Numbered from the stretch's first letter, positions 1 through 8,030 are shown. The stretch: 48,958 nt of DNA from Candidatus Woesearchaeota archaeon (GCA_964558795.1 CAZLFJ010000002.1:1-48958); one strand, 5' to 3'. The notes: generated by a model not told the origin, from the sequence alone. Made by a program: numbers and translations.

Positions 1-120
1 AAAACGAGACAATTAAGGCCGTCGTAAAAGACGACGTCGATAGAGATGTGGTGTAATCATGAAGCTTCGGCGACATGTTCAGCCAGCATCTACTAAAAGC
101 CTCAAATATATCCACACTGA
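1..120 (+). rRNA. rrl: 23S (LSU) rRNA, 3-prime terminal ~120 nt; the gene continues upstream of the window
   Basis: AAGACGACGTCGATAGAGATGTGGTGTAATC...GTTCAGCCAGCATCTACTAA is colinear with the conserved LSU 3-prime end (E. coli GAAGACGACGACGTTGATAGGCCGGGTGTGTAAGC...GAGCTAACCGGTACTAATGAACCG). The 3-prime boundary is approximate. Confidence 0.8.
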
Positions 121-354
121 AAACTATTTTGGTGAGTACTGTTTTTCTTTGTTTATGAAGAATTTTTTCAATTTAGAAAGATATATTTTTATTAATCATT
201 TATCCTTATTTTCAATTGAATTAATAGTCTAAATCAATTTTTTCATAGAATAAATATACCCTAAACTCTTTCAAACTCCAAATTTTCAATCTCTATTTTA
301 GTCTTAAGCTAAGGAATTTAAACTCTCGAAATTTTTTTTAATAGAATTAATAAG

Positions 355-1083
355 TTATTCTACAAATTTATCTCCAGCAACAACCTCTGGAACTATTACT
401 AATTTTGCACCTGCCTTTTTAAGTTTAGAAATAAACTTACTATGTTCTGCCCTTGCATTTATTTCTATGTTTGGATTTAGTTCCTTCGCACTCATAGTTA
501 TAAGAATATTTGTTTCGGTCCTTGGAATGGTTATTATAATTTTTTTAGCTTTTGCTATTTCTGCATCAATTAAAATATTATCTTGCTCTGCGCTTCCTTC
601 AATAACTAAATACCCTCTCTTTCTCAACCCCTCTACAACTTTAGGTTCTTTTTCTGTAATAATAAATTTTTCTTTCTTCTCTGTCAATCTTCTTGCAACC
701 TCCTCACCTACTCTCCCTCCACCAGCAATAATAATATGATTTTCCATCTTACTTATTTTAATTTCATAAAACCTACTTTTTAAATACTTCCTTAAATTCC
801 CATCCAAAAGCATGTCTGCTAGACTCCACAATACCCACCAAACTAAAAACGCCCCAATTAAAGCTATGAATATCTCTAGAATTCTCTCAGACATTATTGG
901 AGATCCTTCAAAGATAAATACTAGTGTTTGCAGAGTTCTTAAAAAAGATATTTCAAATCCCCTCCTATCAATTATATTAAACCCTATAGTACCCACCAAT
1001 AACAATGAAAAAAGTACTCCAAAAAGAACTTTAATTCTTCTAGGGAATTCTTCTATCTCTTTTATCTTCAATCCCCTGGACAT
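355..1083 (-). CDS. TrkA-N/RCK domain protein with an N-terminal 2-TM channel-like module (K+ channel/transport related)
   Basis: The Rossmann motif IIIAGGGRVGEEVARRL follows two hydrophobic helices. No canonical TVGYG selectivity filter was seen. Confidence 0.7.
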   Translation of the reverse strand: MSRGLKIKEIEEFPRRIKVLFGVLFSLLLVGTIGFNIIDRRGFEISFLRTLQTLVFIFEGSPIMSERILEIFIALIGAFLVWWVLWSLADMLLDGNLRKYLKSRFYEIKISKMENHIIIAGGGRVGEEVARRLTEKKEKFIITEKEPKVVEGLRKRGYLVIEGSAEQDNILIDAEIAKAKKIIITIPRTETNILITMSAKELNPNIEINARAEHSKFISKLKKAGAKLVIVPEVVAGDKFVE

Positions 1084-1599
1084 TCAATTTCTCCTATCCT
1101 TCTTTAAAACTTTTTTAGTTTTTTTATTTTCTACTTCTCTCACTTCCGAGGTATCTTTTATTTCTTCTTTTTTATTTCCAGCTTTGAGTGCTTTATATAT
1201 TATTGACAGATATCCGAATATAAATATCAATGAGAGAACGGTTATGTATATTGGGACCTTCAATAGGAAAAGAGTATTTAGAACTTCCAGATTAAATCTT
1301 TTATTTATACCTCCAAACAATAAGAATACAAAATGGAGCACCATTATAGTGCCAATAAAATTTAATAGGGGTCTAAAAATGTTTATTGGAAATTCACTTT
1401 TAGCAATTAATTCAGAAATTAAGAATATAACCACAATTCCAACAATTAAAAGGGCATTTATATTAAGAAAATTAGTAAATACCAAAAAGAAATCAAGTTT
1501 AATATATTTTGTCAAAAAATTAAGTACTCCCAGAATTATTAGAAATACTCCAATTCCAAAAACTTTCGAAAAAATATTTCTTGCAATCCCCCTTTCCAT
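1084..1599 (-). CDS. polytopic membrane protein, function unknown
   Basis: 171-aa ORF with several hydrophobic helices and a Lys-rich tail. Its stop abuts the start of the downstream RCK gene, so it is probably co-transcribed. Confidence 0.5.
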   Translation of the reverse strand: MERGIARNIFSKVFGIGVFLIILGVLNFLTKYIKLDFFLVFTNFLNINALLIVGIVVIFLISELIAKSEFPINIFRPLLNFIGTIMVLHFVFLLFGGINKRFNLEVLNTLFLLKVPIYITVLSLIFIFGYLSIIYKALKAGNKKEEIKDTSEVREVENKKTKKVLKKDRRN

Positions 1600-1701
1600 A
1601 TTTTAATATGTTTTTAAGATTATAAAAAGCTATCTCTCAAATATCAAGAACCTCCTTTTCAGTTCCATAATCTTTTTAAACAAGGTTCGTATAATCTTTG
1701 A

Positions 1702-2208
1702 ATGGAAAAAAGAGTATTTGTTAACGATCTGATGCAAAAAGGATATTCCTACACACTAATATATTCAGAGGGCAAAAATTTCAATAAAAATTTCAATCCA
1801 GAATTATCTCCAAAAGAAATGTTAGAACTTGGAGTTTTTGGTGGAAAATACATGACCGATTGCCAAAATGAATTTCCTAAATCCTGGTTTACCAATGCAA
1901 AATTAAATTCAAAATTACACGATGCAAATATTAACTATTTCAAAATTAATGCTTCTCAATCTTTATCGATTTGGAGAGAAAAAGGGTGGATTTTTCCAGA
2001 AGATCCTCGCGGGTGGTTCCAATGGTACTGTCGATATTATCTTGGAAGAAGAATTTCAGAAATGGATTTTATCCAAATAAAAAGATGGAAGGCAATTAAA
2101 AGACACATAGCCCAAATTAAAAAGAATTGCATCAAGGGAGACTTTGCTTGTAGGCCAAAACAAAGACAAGCACTCTTGCATTGGGCAATAGACTCGAGGA
2201 AGTTATGA
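1702..2208 (+). CDS. conserved hypothetical protein (GWFQWYCRYYLGRR motif)
   Basis: 168-aa ORF with non-low-complexity composition. Its stop overlaps the next start in an ATGA. I cannot name the family. Confidence 0.55.
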   Translation: MEKRVFVNDLMQKGYSYTLIYSEGKNFNKNFNPELSPKEMLELGVFGGKYMTDCQNEFPKSWFTNAKLNSKLHDANINYFKINASQSLSIWREKGWIFPEDPRGWFQWYCRYYLGRRISEMDFIQIKRWKAIKRHIAQIKKNCIKGDFACRPKQRQALLHWAIDSRKL

Positions 2209-3032
2209 CCTCAGAAGAATTTCTAAAAAAGATTGAAATAGAACTAAGAATCTCTAAGAATTCTCCGCACACAATAAAAAGCTATATCATAAGAAATAAA
2301 GAACTATTAGATTTTCTTAAGAAAAATCCTGAAGAAGTAGAAGAAGATGATATAAAATTATACCTCTCCGAAAAAATCTCTGAAAAAGCTTCAAGTTCTC
2401 TGATTCAATTTCTAGCCGCAATAAAATATGCATATCTTACAATATTAAAAAAGGATATCACCCTTGGAATAAAAAGACCAAAAAAAGAAAAGCACATACC
2501 CACAGTTCTTACAAAAGAAGAAATCACAAGGTTGTTCGATTCTTTAACAAATAAAAAATCTAAATTGATGGTTTCTTTGTTATATGCTTGTGGGCTTAGG
2601 GTTTCAGAACTTTCAAATTTAAGAATTCAAGATTTATTCTTTGATGAGTCTGTAGGTTATGTAAAACAAGCAAAAGGAAGAAAAGATAGAATGTTCAATA
2701 TTCCCGAATTTTTATTTGCAAATTTAAAAAGTCAGGCAGAATCACAAAAGGAAAAAAATCAAGAGTATCTTTTTACAAGCTCAAAAGGAAAACTTTCTCC
2801 CAGGAATCTTCAAAAAATTGTAGGAAAAGCCGCTAAACGTGCCGGAATACAAAAAGGAGTACATTGTCACACTCTCCGTCATTCTTTTGCAACACACTTA
2901 TTGGAACAAGGAACAGATATACGAAAAATTCAGGAACTTCTAGGTCACGCGGATCTTTCAACAACCCAGATTTATACTCATATTTCAAGTGAAGAACTAA
3001 AAAAGATAAAAAGCCCAATAGATAGTTTATAA
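2205..3032 (+). CDS. tyrosine site-specific recombinase, XerC/XerD/XerA-like
   Basis: C-terminal catalytic signature HTLRHSFATHLLEQGTDIRKIQELLGHADLSTTQIYTH (R..HxxR..H..Y) and an N-terminal SAM-like core-binding domain. The start was moved to the ATG at 2205, which overlaps the upstream stop (ATGA). Confidence 0.85.
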   Translation: MTSEEFLKKIEIELRISKNSPHTIKSYIIRNKELLDFLKKNPEEVEEDDIKLYLSEKISEKASSSLIQFLAAIKYAYLTILKKDITLGIKRPKKEKHIPTVLTKEEITRLFDSLTNKKSKLMVSLLYACGLRVSELSNLRIQDLFFDESVGYVKQAKGRKDRMFNIPEFLFANLKSQAESQKEKNQEYLFTSSKGKLSPRNLQKIVGKAAKRAGIQKGVHCHTLRHSFATHLLEQGTDIRKIQELLGHADLSTTQIYTHISSEELKKIKSPIDSL

Positions 3033-3152
3033 TTTTATAACTATGAAAACAGTTTAAATAAAATTCTTACTACTAGTTTTTTTTCATTAAAATGTTCAAT
3101 ATATATTTTACACAATCTATTTATTTATAAAAGAATGAGATTATTTTAGTTT

Positions 3153-4199
3153 ATGAAATCCTCAGAAAAGACCAAATCTGAAGAGAAAATAGATTCCTTT
3201 AGACGACCTTTCAATCAATCAGATGGTGTTCAAATGGAATGTGAGGGAATTATTCCCTGTCCTTATATTCGGTCTCCCATGATTTCTAAAAATTTTCCCA
3301 GAGGCACTCAAAGAGATCTCGTTGGTCTTTGCGCATTAAAATCAATATCTGAAACTTCCCAAGATGGTACAGGCTCAAGAAGAATTTTTGATTCTTGTAC
3401 GGGTACTGGAATTCAATCCATAAAAAAAGTTCATGGTTGTGAATTTGCCATAAATTTTCTTAGATCAAGACTTGAAGAAATCGGTCTTAAATCCAATGAA
3501 GCGGAAGGTGATCTTGAATCCAACGAAACAGAAGGTTCTCCAAACGATTCTTTCTATGTGGGTCTAGTTGGTTCAAGACACAAAGGTTTTGAGGTATATA
3601 CATTTGCCTTTTCAGATAATGAACGAATATCAAAGATAATCTATCGAGACACCACGCGAGCAGCTCTAAGGGAAAAAATACTTAAGGATGATCATTTTAA
3701 AAGAAATACCCATTATGCTTTCTGCGTTGTGGATGAAGATGAATTAAAACAGAGTCAAAAACACATCGTTGAGAGTGTTGTATATTCTTTTTCTAGGGGC
3801 CTAACCAATTTAGGAGTAAACTTGCCCGAGAATGCGAAACTTGATTTTGTCTTTGATGGAGATTTAGAAGACTATCATTTAATAGGAATAAGGAGGGCAA
3901 TCAATTCAGTTCATCCTCCAAGATTTGCAGACGTGTCTGTTCATTTTATTCCCAAAAAGACAATTAGGCCAAACAGAGAGAATCGTATCAAAATGAATCC
4001 CTCAAGGACAGTTGAGTTTTTTGACCCAAATCCGGTTTACGATCCAGAAATTGACCCCAAATGCTATTCACGCCAGGGAATAATGTTGCCAATATTAGAA
4101 CTTGCGAGAGATCAGGCAAGAAGAAACCTAATTACTTCACCTTCTATTGTTGCAATGTCAAACATACCTATTGTTCCATTCAATCATTACAAGGGCTAG
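3153..4199 (+). CDS. hypothetical protein (orphan, 348 aa)
   Basis: Long ORF with ordinary amino-acid composition and an internal SNEAEGDLESNETEGS repeat. No motif I recognise. It lies in the G+C-richer island. Confidence 0.55.
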   Translation: MKSSEKTKSEEKIDSFRRPFNQSDGVQMECEGIIPCPYIRSPMISKNFPRGTQRDLVGLCALKSISETSQDGTGSRRIFDSCTGTGIQSIKKVHGCEFAINFLRSRLEEIGLKSNEAEGDLESNETEGSPNDSFYVGLVGSRHKGFEVYTFAFSDNERISKIIYRDTTRAALREKILKDDHFKRNTHYAFCVVDEDELKQSQKHIVESVVYSFSRGLTNLGVNLPENAKLDFVFDGDLEDYHLIGIRRAINSVHPPRFADVSVHFIPKKTIRPNRENRIKMNPSRTVEFFDPNPVYDPEIDPKCYSRQGIMLPILELARDQARRNLITSPSIVAMSNIPIVPFNHYKG

Positions 4200-4229
4200 T
4201 CTTTTAAACACTGAAGTTATCTAAAATCT

Positions 4230-4766
4230 ATGGCTTGTGAAAAATGTGGTTATAGGGATAAAAAAGAAACAATTAAATTCAATACACCCCTATGTCAAAT
4301 ATGTAATTTTCTCTCTCCCGATGAAGAAGATAATTTTATGTTTTATACAAATGAAAAATTAGACTGGAGAATGCTTGAAACTTTCAGGAAGTATGGTCAA
4401 AAAATTGGAAGCAAACAAAAAGCTGGAATGATAATTAAAGCAAGGGGTGGCGAGGTAATGTCTCGTGTTGCACTAGGATACTCTTTAATCGACAAAAAAT
4501 TAATTGAAAATGAAGATGCATCCAGAGTACACTCAATCTTCAAAGAATATTTAGAAACCGAAACTTCTCTAAATAAGCTTTCAAAGAAATTCAACCTCTC
4601 ACTAAATGGTTTAAAAAAGGTTCTTAAGAATAGAACATATCTTGGCGAAATTAAATTCAACGGACAACTTTACAAAAGCAGTCACAAACCAATAATCAAT
4701 CCCGAGATTTTTTATGCAGTTCAAAGAAAGTTAAATGAAAAAAGTAGAAAGAAAAAATTGTTTTAA
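4230..4766 (+). CDS. Zn-ribbon protein with a serine-recombinase 'Recombinase' DNA-binding domain but no resolvase catalytic domain
   Basis: N-terminal CxxC...CxxC (CEKCGY...CQIC). The segment ALGYSLIDKKLIENEDASRVHSIFKEYLE..SLNKLSKKFN...LKNRTYLGEIKFNGQLYKSSHKPIINPEIFYAVQ matches the pattern of the Recombinase domain (PF07508-like) of large serine recombinases. No S-R catalytic N-domain is present. Confidence 0.65.
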   Translation: MACEKCGYRDKKETIKFNTPLCQICNFLSPDEEDNFMFYTNEKLDWRMLETFRKYGQKIGSKQKAGMIIKARGGEVMSRVALGYSLIDKKLIENEDASRVHSIFKEYLETETSLNKLSKKFNLSLNGLKKVLKNRTYLGEIKFNGQLYKSSHKPIINPEIFYAVQRKLNEKSRKKKLF

Positions 4767-4771
4767 GTTAT

Positions 4772-5626
4772 TTACAAAGCTACTTCCTTTGGGCCTGGAG
4801 TGAATAAAACAAGATTAGGAAATAATTTTCCAAGCAATATATCTCTTTCAATAGTGGGTTCTCTTAAACAATCCCATGAGTTTAGTGACTCGATAAGATA
4901 CCCTTCGTTAAATCCCGTAAGCTCTGCTAGAACTTTTATATCATATATATCCGAGACGAATCTAAACCTCGATGCCCTATCTAAATCTCCTTCAAACATT
5001 CTAAGCTCTTTTTTAAGTTCCCTTATTTTTTGCAAATCTCTTTTTATTGATTCAGATGTAACTGGAAATGGCTCTCCCAAATCTTCTTCCATCTCAGGAT
5101 ATGCCTTAAGTGCTCTAACTCCTCTAACCATCTTAGGTATAACTATATCCTCAGGACTAGAAATTCTATAGCTTTCTCCTCGACCCTCAATTATTTTAAC
5201 TCTTGTGTGATCAAATTCTCTCATTAGTCTAGGTAATATCCTTTCAAGGTTTGCAGGGCTTCTTCGGGCAAATTCAATAATTCCTGGACTTTGAGAGTGT
5301 TCTTCTTCTTTTTGACTATAAACAATCATATAAGCATTATGGCCCTTTTTTTCTTCGACAATGAATCCCCTATCCCTCAAATATCCACTAACGGGTGCCG
5401 AGAATTCCCTGAATTCAGAATTAGTTAGGGGTCTCAAAATTGCGAGATCTATGTCTGCTGTTTCTCTTCTACACGAACTAGGTAAATAACTCTGCGTGGC
5501 AACGCCCCCAACAAGAAATGAAAGTCCCTGACTATATTTTTGTCCTTCTAATTTTGAAACGGCACACAAGCCCTCAACAACTGAAGGGTCATCAAGAGTT
5601 CTTGCCCGATATTTAGATTTATCCAT
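4772..5626 (-). CDS. Pol-beta-fold nucleotidyltransferase, possibly AbiEii/DUF1814-like
   Basis: The motif VGGVATQSYLPSSCRRETADIDLAI fits the hG[GS]-x(9-13)-DhD nucleotidyltransferase signature. The protein is 284 aa. Family assignment is tentative. Confidence 0.55.
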   Translation of the reverse strand: MDKSKYRARTLDDPSVVEGLCAVSKLEGQKYSQGLSFLVGGVATQSYLPSSCRRETADIDLAILRPLTNSEFREFSAPVSGYLRDRGFIVEEKKGHNAYMIVYSQKEEEHSQSPGIIEFARRSPANLERILPRLMREFDHTRVKIIEGRGESYRISSPEDIVIPKMVRGVRALKAYPEMEEDLGEPFPVTSESIKRDLQKIRELKKELRMFEGDLDRASRFRFVSDIYDIKVLAELTGFNEGYLIESLNSWDCLREPTIERDILLGKLFPNLVLFTPGPKEVAL

Positions 5627-5649
5627 GAAGACTATAATTTTTTTCTCTT

Positions 5650-5688
5650 TTTAAATCTTTCTATTTTGTAACTACTAAAAAGATACAA
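5650..5688 (-). promoter_or_regulatory. promoter/operator module, copy 1: TTTAAA box plus a 31-nt upstream element
   Basis: Minus strand reads TTGTATCTTTTTAGTAGTTACAAAATAGAAA-GA-TTTAAA. 39 of 41 nt are identical to 6463-6501. Exactly 23 nt separate the TTTAAA from the ATG at 5626. Confidence 0.6.
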
Positions 5689-5722
5689 AATTCTATTCTT
5701 TAATTGGAGGATTTTCATTTTA

Positions 5723-6439
5723 TTAAATTATAGAATTATATGATCTTAAAAATTCCAATTGCTTTTTTGCATCTTCAAAATTTTCAGCCCCCTTGTGGTT
5801 CACAAGGGCTTTAGCCATTCCATCTCTAAATCTCCCAATAAATCTAAAACATTCGGGTCGAACATTTGGATATAGTAATATTGAGTGTGCAGCATCTTCT
5901 ATATTTCCCTGTTTAAATTGTATTGCATCACAAAATTTTATTTCAACATTATCTCCATATTCCCTTCCAAGAATATTCCCATCAGAGGGTTCGGAAGAAT
6001 ATCGACCAGATTCAATATTAACATCTGCAATGGCTTCACCAATGGATTCTGCAAGATTCCTATAAAAATTAGGGTTTCCAGGGTTTCTCAATTTGTTTAA
6101 ATCTCTATGGGGTAAAAGTTCCATAGTTATTAATTCGCCTAGCCCTTCTTGTCCGGAAGAGTAATGTGCAATAGGTCTAGGAAAATACTTCGGAGATGTT
6201 TTAAATAATTGGTGCAAAATCGAATATTCTTCTATTAATTCTCTTTCAATATCTATAGCAGCCGCACATGCAACTAATGATTGATTTCCGAGGGTTACCT
6301 TATAAACTCCTTTTTGGACTCCGTTAGCCAAAAATTCTATTTCAATATTATCTGTACCTAAAGAATCTCTTGAATATTTTCTTATAAGTTTTTGGTGTCT
6401 ATCTATATCTTCTTTCGGAAGTTTTCTTGCGAGTAACAT
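5723..6439 (-). CDS. atypical protein-kinase-fold / phosphotransferase-like protein
   Basis: Gly-loop-like GVQKGVYKV, catalytic-loop-like PSDGNIL, DFG-position FCDAIQF. The usual VAIK lysine context is absent. The start was moved to the second ATG (MLLARK, 6439) because the duplicated TTTAAA box lies 23 nt upstream of it, the same spacing as in the neighbouring gene. The tracked ATG at 6460 is only 2 nt from the TTTAAA box. Confidence 0.45.
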   Translation of the reverse strand: MLLARKLPKEDIDRHQKLIRKYSRDSLGTDNIEIEFLANGVQKGVYKVTLGNQSLVACAAAIDIERELIEEYSILHQLFKTSPKYFPRPIAHYSSGQEGLGELITMELLPHRDLNKLRNPGNPNFYRNLAESIGEAIADVNIESGRYSSEPSDGNILGREYGDNVEIKFCDAIQFKQGNIEDAAHSILLYPNVRPECFRFIGRFRDGMAKALVNHKGAENFEDAKKQLEFLRSYNSII

Positions 6440-6462
6440 AAATACACTCTCCTTGGTCATTA

Positions 6463-6501
6463 TTTAAACATTTCTATTTTGTAACTACTAAAAAGATACA
6501 A
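6463..6501 (-). promoter_or_regulatory. promoter/operator module, copy 2
   Basis: Same 31-nt element plus TTTAAA as 5650-5688, followed by 23 nt to the ATG at 6439. Confidence 0.6.
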
Positions 6502-6550
6502 CCTATTTAAGTAATGCATAAAACTAAATGTTAAAGAACTCTTTACTAAA

Positions 6551-6964
6551 TTATCTGTAAGAAGTCTGTCTCTTTGCTCTTGCCTTAGAATCTCCAGGCT
6601 TATAAGCTTCCTTTCTTCTTGTATCTGCTACAATCATATTTCTATCATAAACAATATATGCTCTCTTAAGTTCATCGCTCTTAGTGAATGCAACAATTGC
6701 TCTTGCAATTGCAAGTCTTGCTGCTTCAACTTGCGAAGATAATCCTCCGCCCTTAACATTCACACTAATATCATAATTAAGCTTTCCTAGAACATTTTCA
6801 GCGATTAAAATTGGTTCTTTTAATTCCAATTGTTGTAACATTGGATAAGCTGCAATATCTTTTCTATTAATTTTTACAATTCCGGTTCCTTCTCTAATTG
6901 TTGCCTTGCCAATAGCTGTTTTTCTTTTACTTGAAACAACAAGAGTTTTTAGCATAGTTATCAT
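6551..6964 (-). CDS. rps9: 30S ribosomal protein S9 (uS9)
   Basis: C-terminal GDSKARAKRQTSYR and GGGLSSQVEAARLAIARA are typical of uS9. Conserved L13-S9 gene order. Confidence 0.95.
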   Translation of the reverse strand: MITMLKTLVVSSKRKTAIGKATIREGTGIVKINRKDIAAYPMLQQLELKEPILIAENVLGKLNYDISVNVKGGGLSSQVEAARLAIARAIVAFTKSDELKRAYIVYDRNMIVADTRRKEAYKPGDSKARAKRQTSYR

Positions 6965-7359
6965 ATTAATCTTGAAACCTCCTTAAGTTCCATATATCTA
7001 AATGGTAATCTCGTCTTTGGTTTGATAACTTCAACCTTTGAAATATCCAGCTCACCAGTCTGATAACATTTTATTCTTTTGTAAGCATCTCTTCCTCTCT
7101 GTCTATCCCATGGCAACATTCCCCTAATTAATCTTTTTAGAAGTCTTTCTGGGGATATTGAGACTTTTGGGCCATTCAAACTATTCCCTCCCTTATTTCT
7201 AAGGTTTGTTATTCCTGAAAGTATATCTTCTTTACTTCCAGATATAATTGCTTTTTCAGAATTTATAATTACAACTTCATCTCCCATTAAAGCCTTCTTA
7301 ACAGCTACACTTCCAATTCTTCCTAGTTGTGCACCGGTAGCATCAATATAAATTTTCAT
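6961..7359 (-). CDS. rpl13: 50S ribosomal protein L13 (uL13)
   Basis: IDATGAQLGRIGSVAVKKAL and MLPWDRQRGRDAYKRIKCY match uL13. It overlaps S9 by 4 nt. Confidence 0.9.
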   Translation of the reverse strand: MKIYIDATGAQLGRIGSVAVKKALMGDEVVIINSEKAIISGSKEDILSGITNLRNKGGNSLNGPKVSISPERLLKRLIRGMLPWDRQRGRDAYKRIKCYQTGELDISKVEVIKPKTRLPFRYMELKEVSRLI

Positions 7360-7727
7360 CTTATTAACCTCAAGTTCTTTAATTCTGGGTTCTTTTTAAT
7401 CTCTTCGCTAATTTCTACAAAGTCTGTTTTTGTTTCTTTCATTTTTTCTATTGCCTTTTCTGATGCTTTCCAAGCAACAATTCTAACTTTCTTGGTCAAA
7501 ACACCCGAGCTCAAAATTTTTCCTGGAATAAAAATCGATTCTCCTTCTTTCACGAATCTATCAATTTGATCCAAATTAAGTTCTGCCCATTTTTTAGAAG
7601 GCATAGCGAGATGTTTTGCGAATTCTGGATTTTTCTTCTTAATCAGTGTTATTGCTTCAGCTAAATCTTTATTTGTCTTTTTAGAAGACCTCGATTCAAT
7701 TTTTGTTTTGCTTATTGTTCTTTCCAT
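7356..7727 (-). CDS. rpl18e: 50S ribosomal protein L18e (eL18)
   Basis: Position upstream of L13-S9 and length/composition typical of archaeal L18e. The ATG at 7727 (MERTISK) is preferred over the tracked TTG at 7742. Confidence 0.8.
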   Translation of the reverse strand: MERTISKTKIESRSSKKTNKDLAEAITLIKKKNPEFAKHLAMPSKKWAELNLDQIDRFVKEGESIFIPGKILSSGVLTKKVRIVAWKASEKAIEKMKETKTDFVEISEEIKKNPELKNLRLIR

Positions 7728-7856
7728 ATTTTTAATCTGCAAATAGAAGTCTTATTCCTAAGACCTACTATATCGCGTTAGCTCGCAGGTAAACATAACT
7801 CACAAGAGCCATTTAAAAAGCTTTGGTTTTGTGTTCTTGGATTTTTTACCGATAGA

Positions 7857-7864
7857 TTTATAAT
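7857..7864 (+). promoter_or_regulatory. TATA box for tRNA-Leu
   Basis: TTTATAAT is centred ~30 nt upstream of the tRNA 5-prime end. Confidence 0.5.
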
Positions 7865-7890
7865 GGTTTTTGAAATAAATTAATAATCTT

Positions 7891-7973
7891 GGGGAAATGC
7901 CGGAGTGGTCAAACGGGCTAGGTTAAGGTCCTAGTGGCTTACGCCTACGGGGGTTCGAGTCCTCCTTTCCCCA
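7891..7973 (+). tRNA. tRNA-Leu, type II (long variable arm); the anticodon reads AAG
   Basis: Hand-folded cloverleaf:
- acceptor GGGGAAA/TTTCCCC
- 3-bp D stem
- anticodon stem CTAGG/CCTAG with loop TTAAGGT (34-36 = AAG, G37)
- variable arm with GGC-TTAC-GCC
- T arm GGGGG-TTCGAGT-CCTCC
- discriminator A; no encoded CCA. Confidence 0.85.
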
Positions 7974-8008
7974 TTGTAACATATCTCTTAAAGAGATATA
8001 TTTAATTT

Positions 8009-8030
8009 GAGGATACTTTGCAAATTCATT
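8009..8030 (+). repeat. 22-nt direct repeat, copy 1 (GAGGATACTTTGCAAATTCATT)
   Basis: 20 of 22 nt identical to 8259-8280. Confidence 0.7.

Noticed and set aside
120-354. AT-rich spacer after the 23S rRNA, with recurring TTTTCAAT strings, considered as a possible 5S gene, tRNA or replication-origin-like repeat array.
   Set aside because: It has no 5S or tRNA signature, and the short strings are irregularly spaced and low-complexity. Nothing here can be supported from the sequence.
467-1606. Plus-strand ORFs 467-739 and 812-1606 (up to 264 aa).
   Set aside because: They are antisense shadows of the RCK-domain and membrane-protein genes. Their low-complexity Ser/Ile/Phe/Leu-rich translations are typical of the reverse frame of AT-rich genes. 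The same reasoning was applied to the other tracked antisense ORFs, for example 4397-4660, 4800-5171, 5793-6100, 9985-10350, 15079-15400, 18321-18730, 38821-39540 and 45341-45586.
5650-6501. The 31-nt direct repeats flanking the kinase-like gene could be integron attC-like cassette sites associated with the nearby tyrosine recombinase.
   Set aside because: - The repeats end in a TTTAAA box at a fixed 23-nt distance from start codons, so they behave as promoters.
- They lack the imperfect inverted-repeat (R''-L''/L'-R') architecture of attC.
- The recombinase (~275 aa) is too short to contain the IntI-specific insertion.
- The recombinase is not adjacent or divergent to the cassettes.
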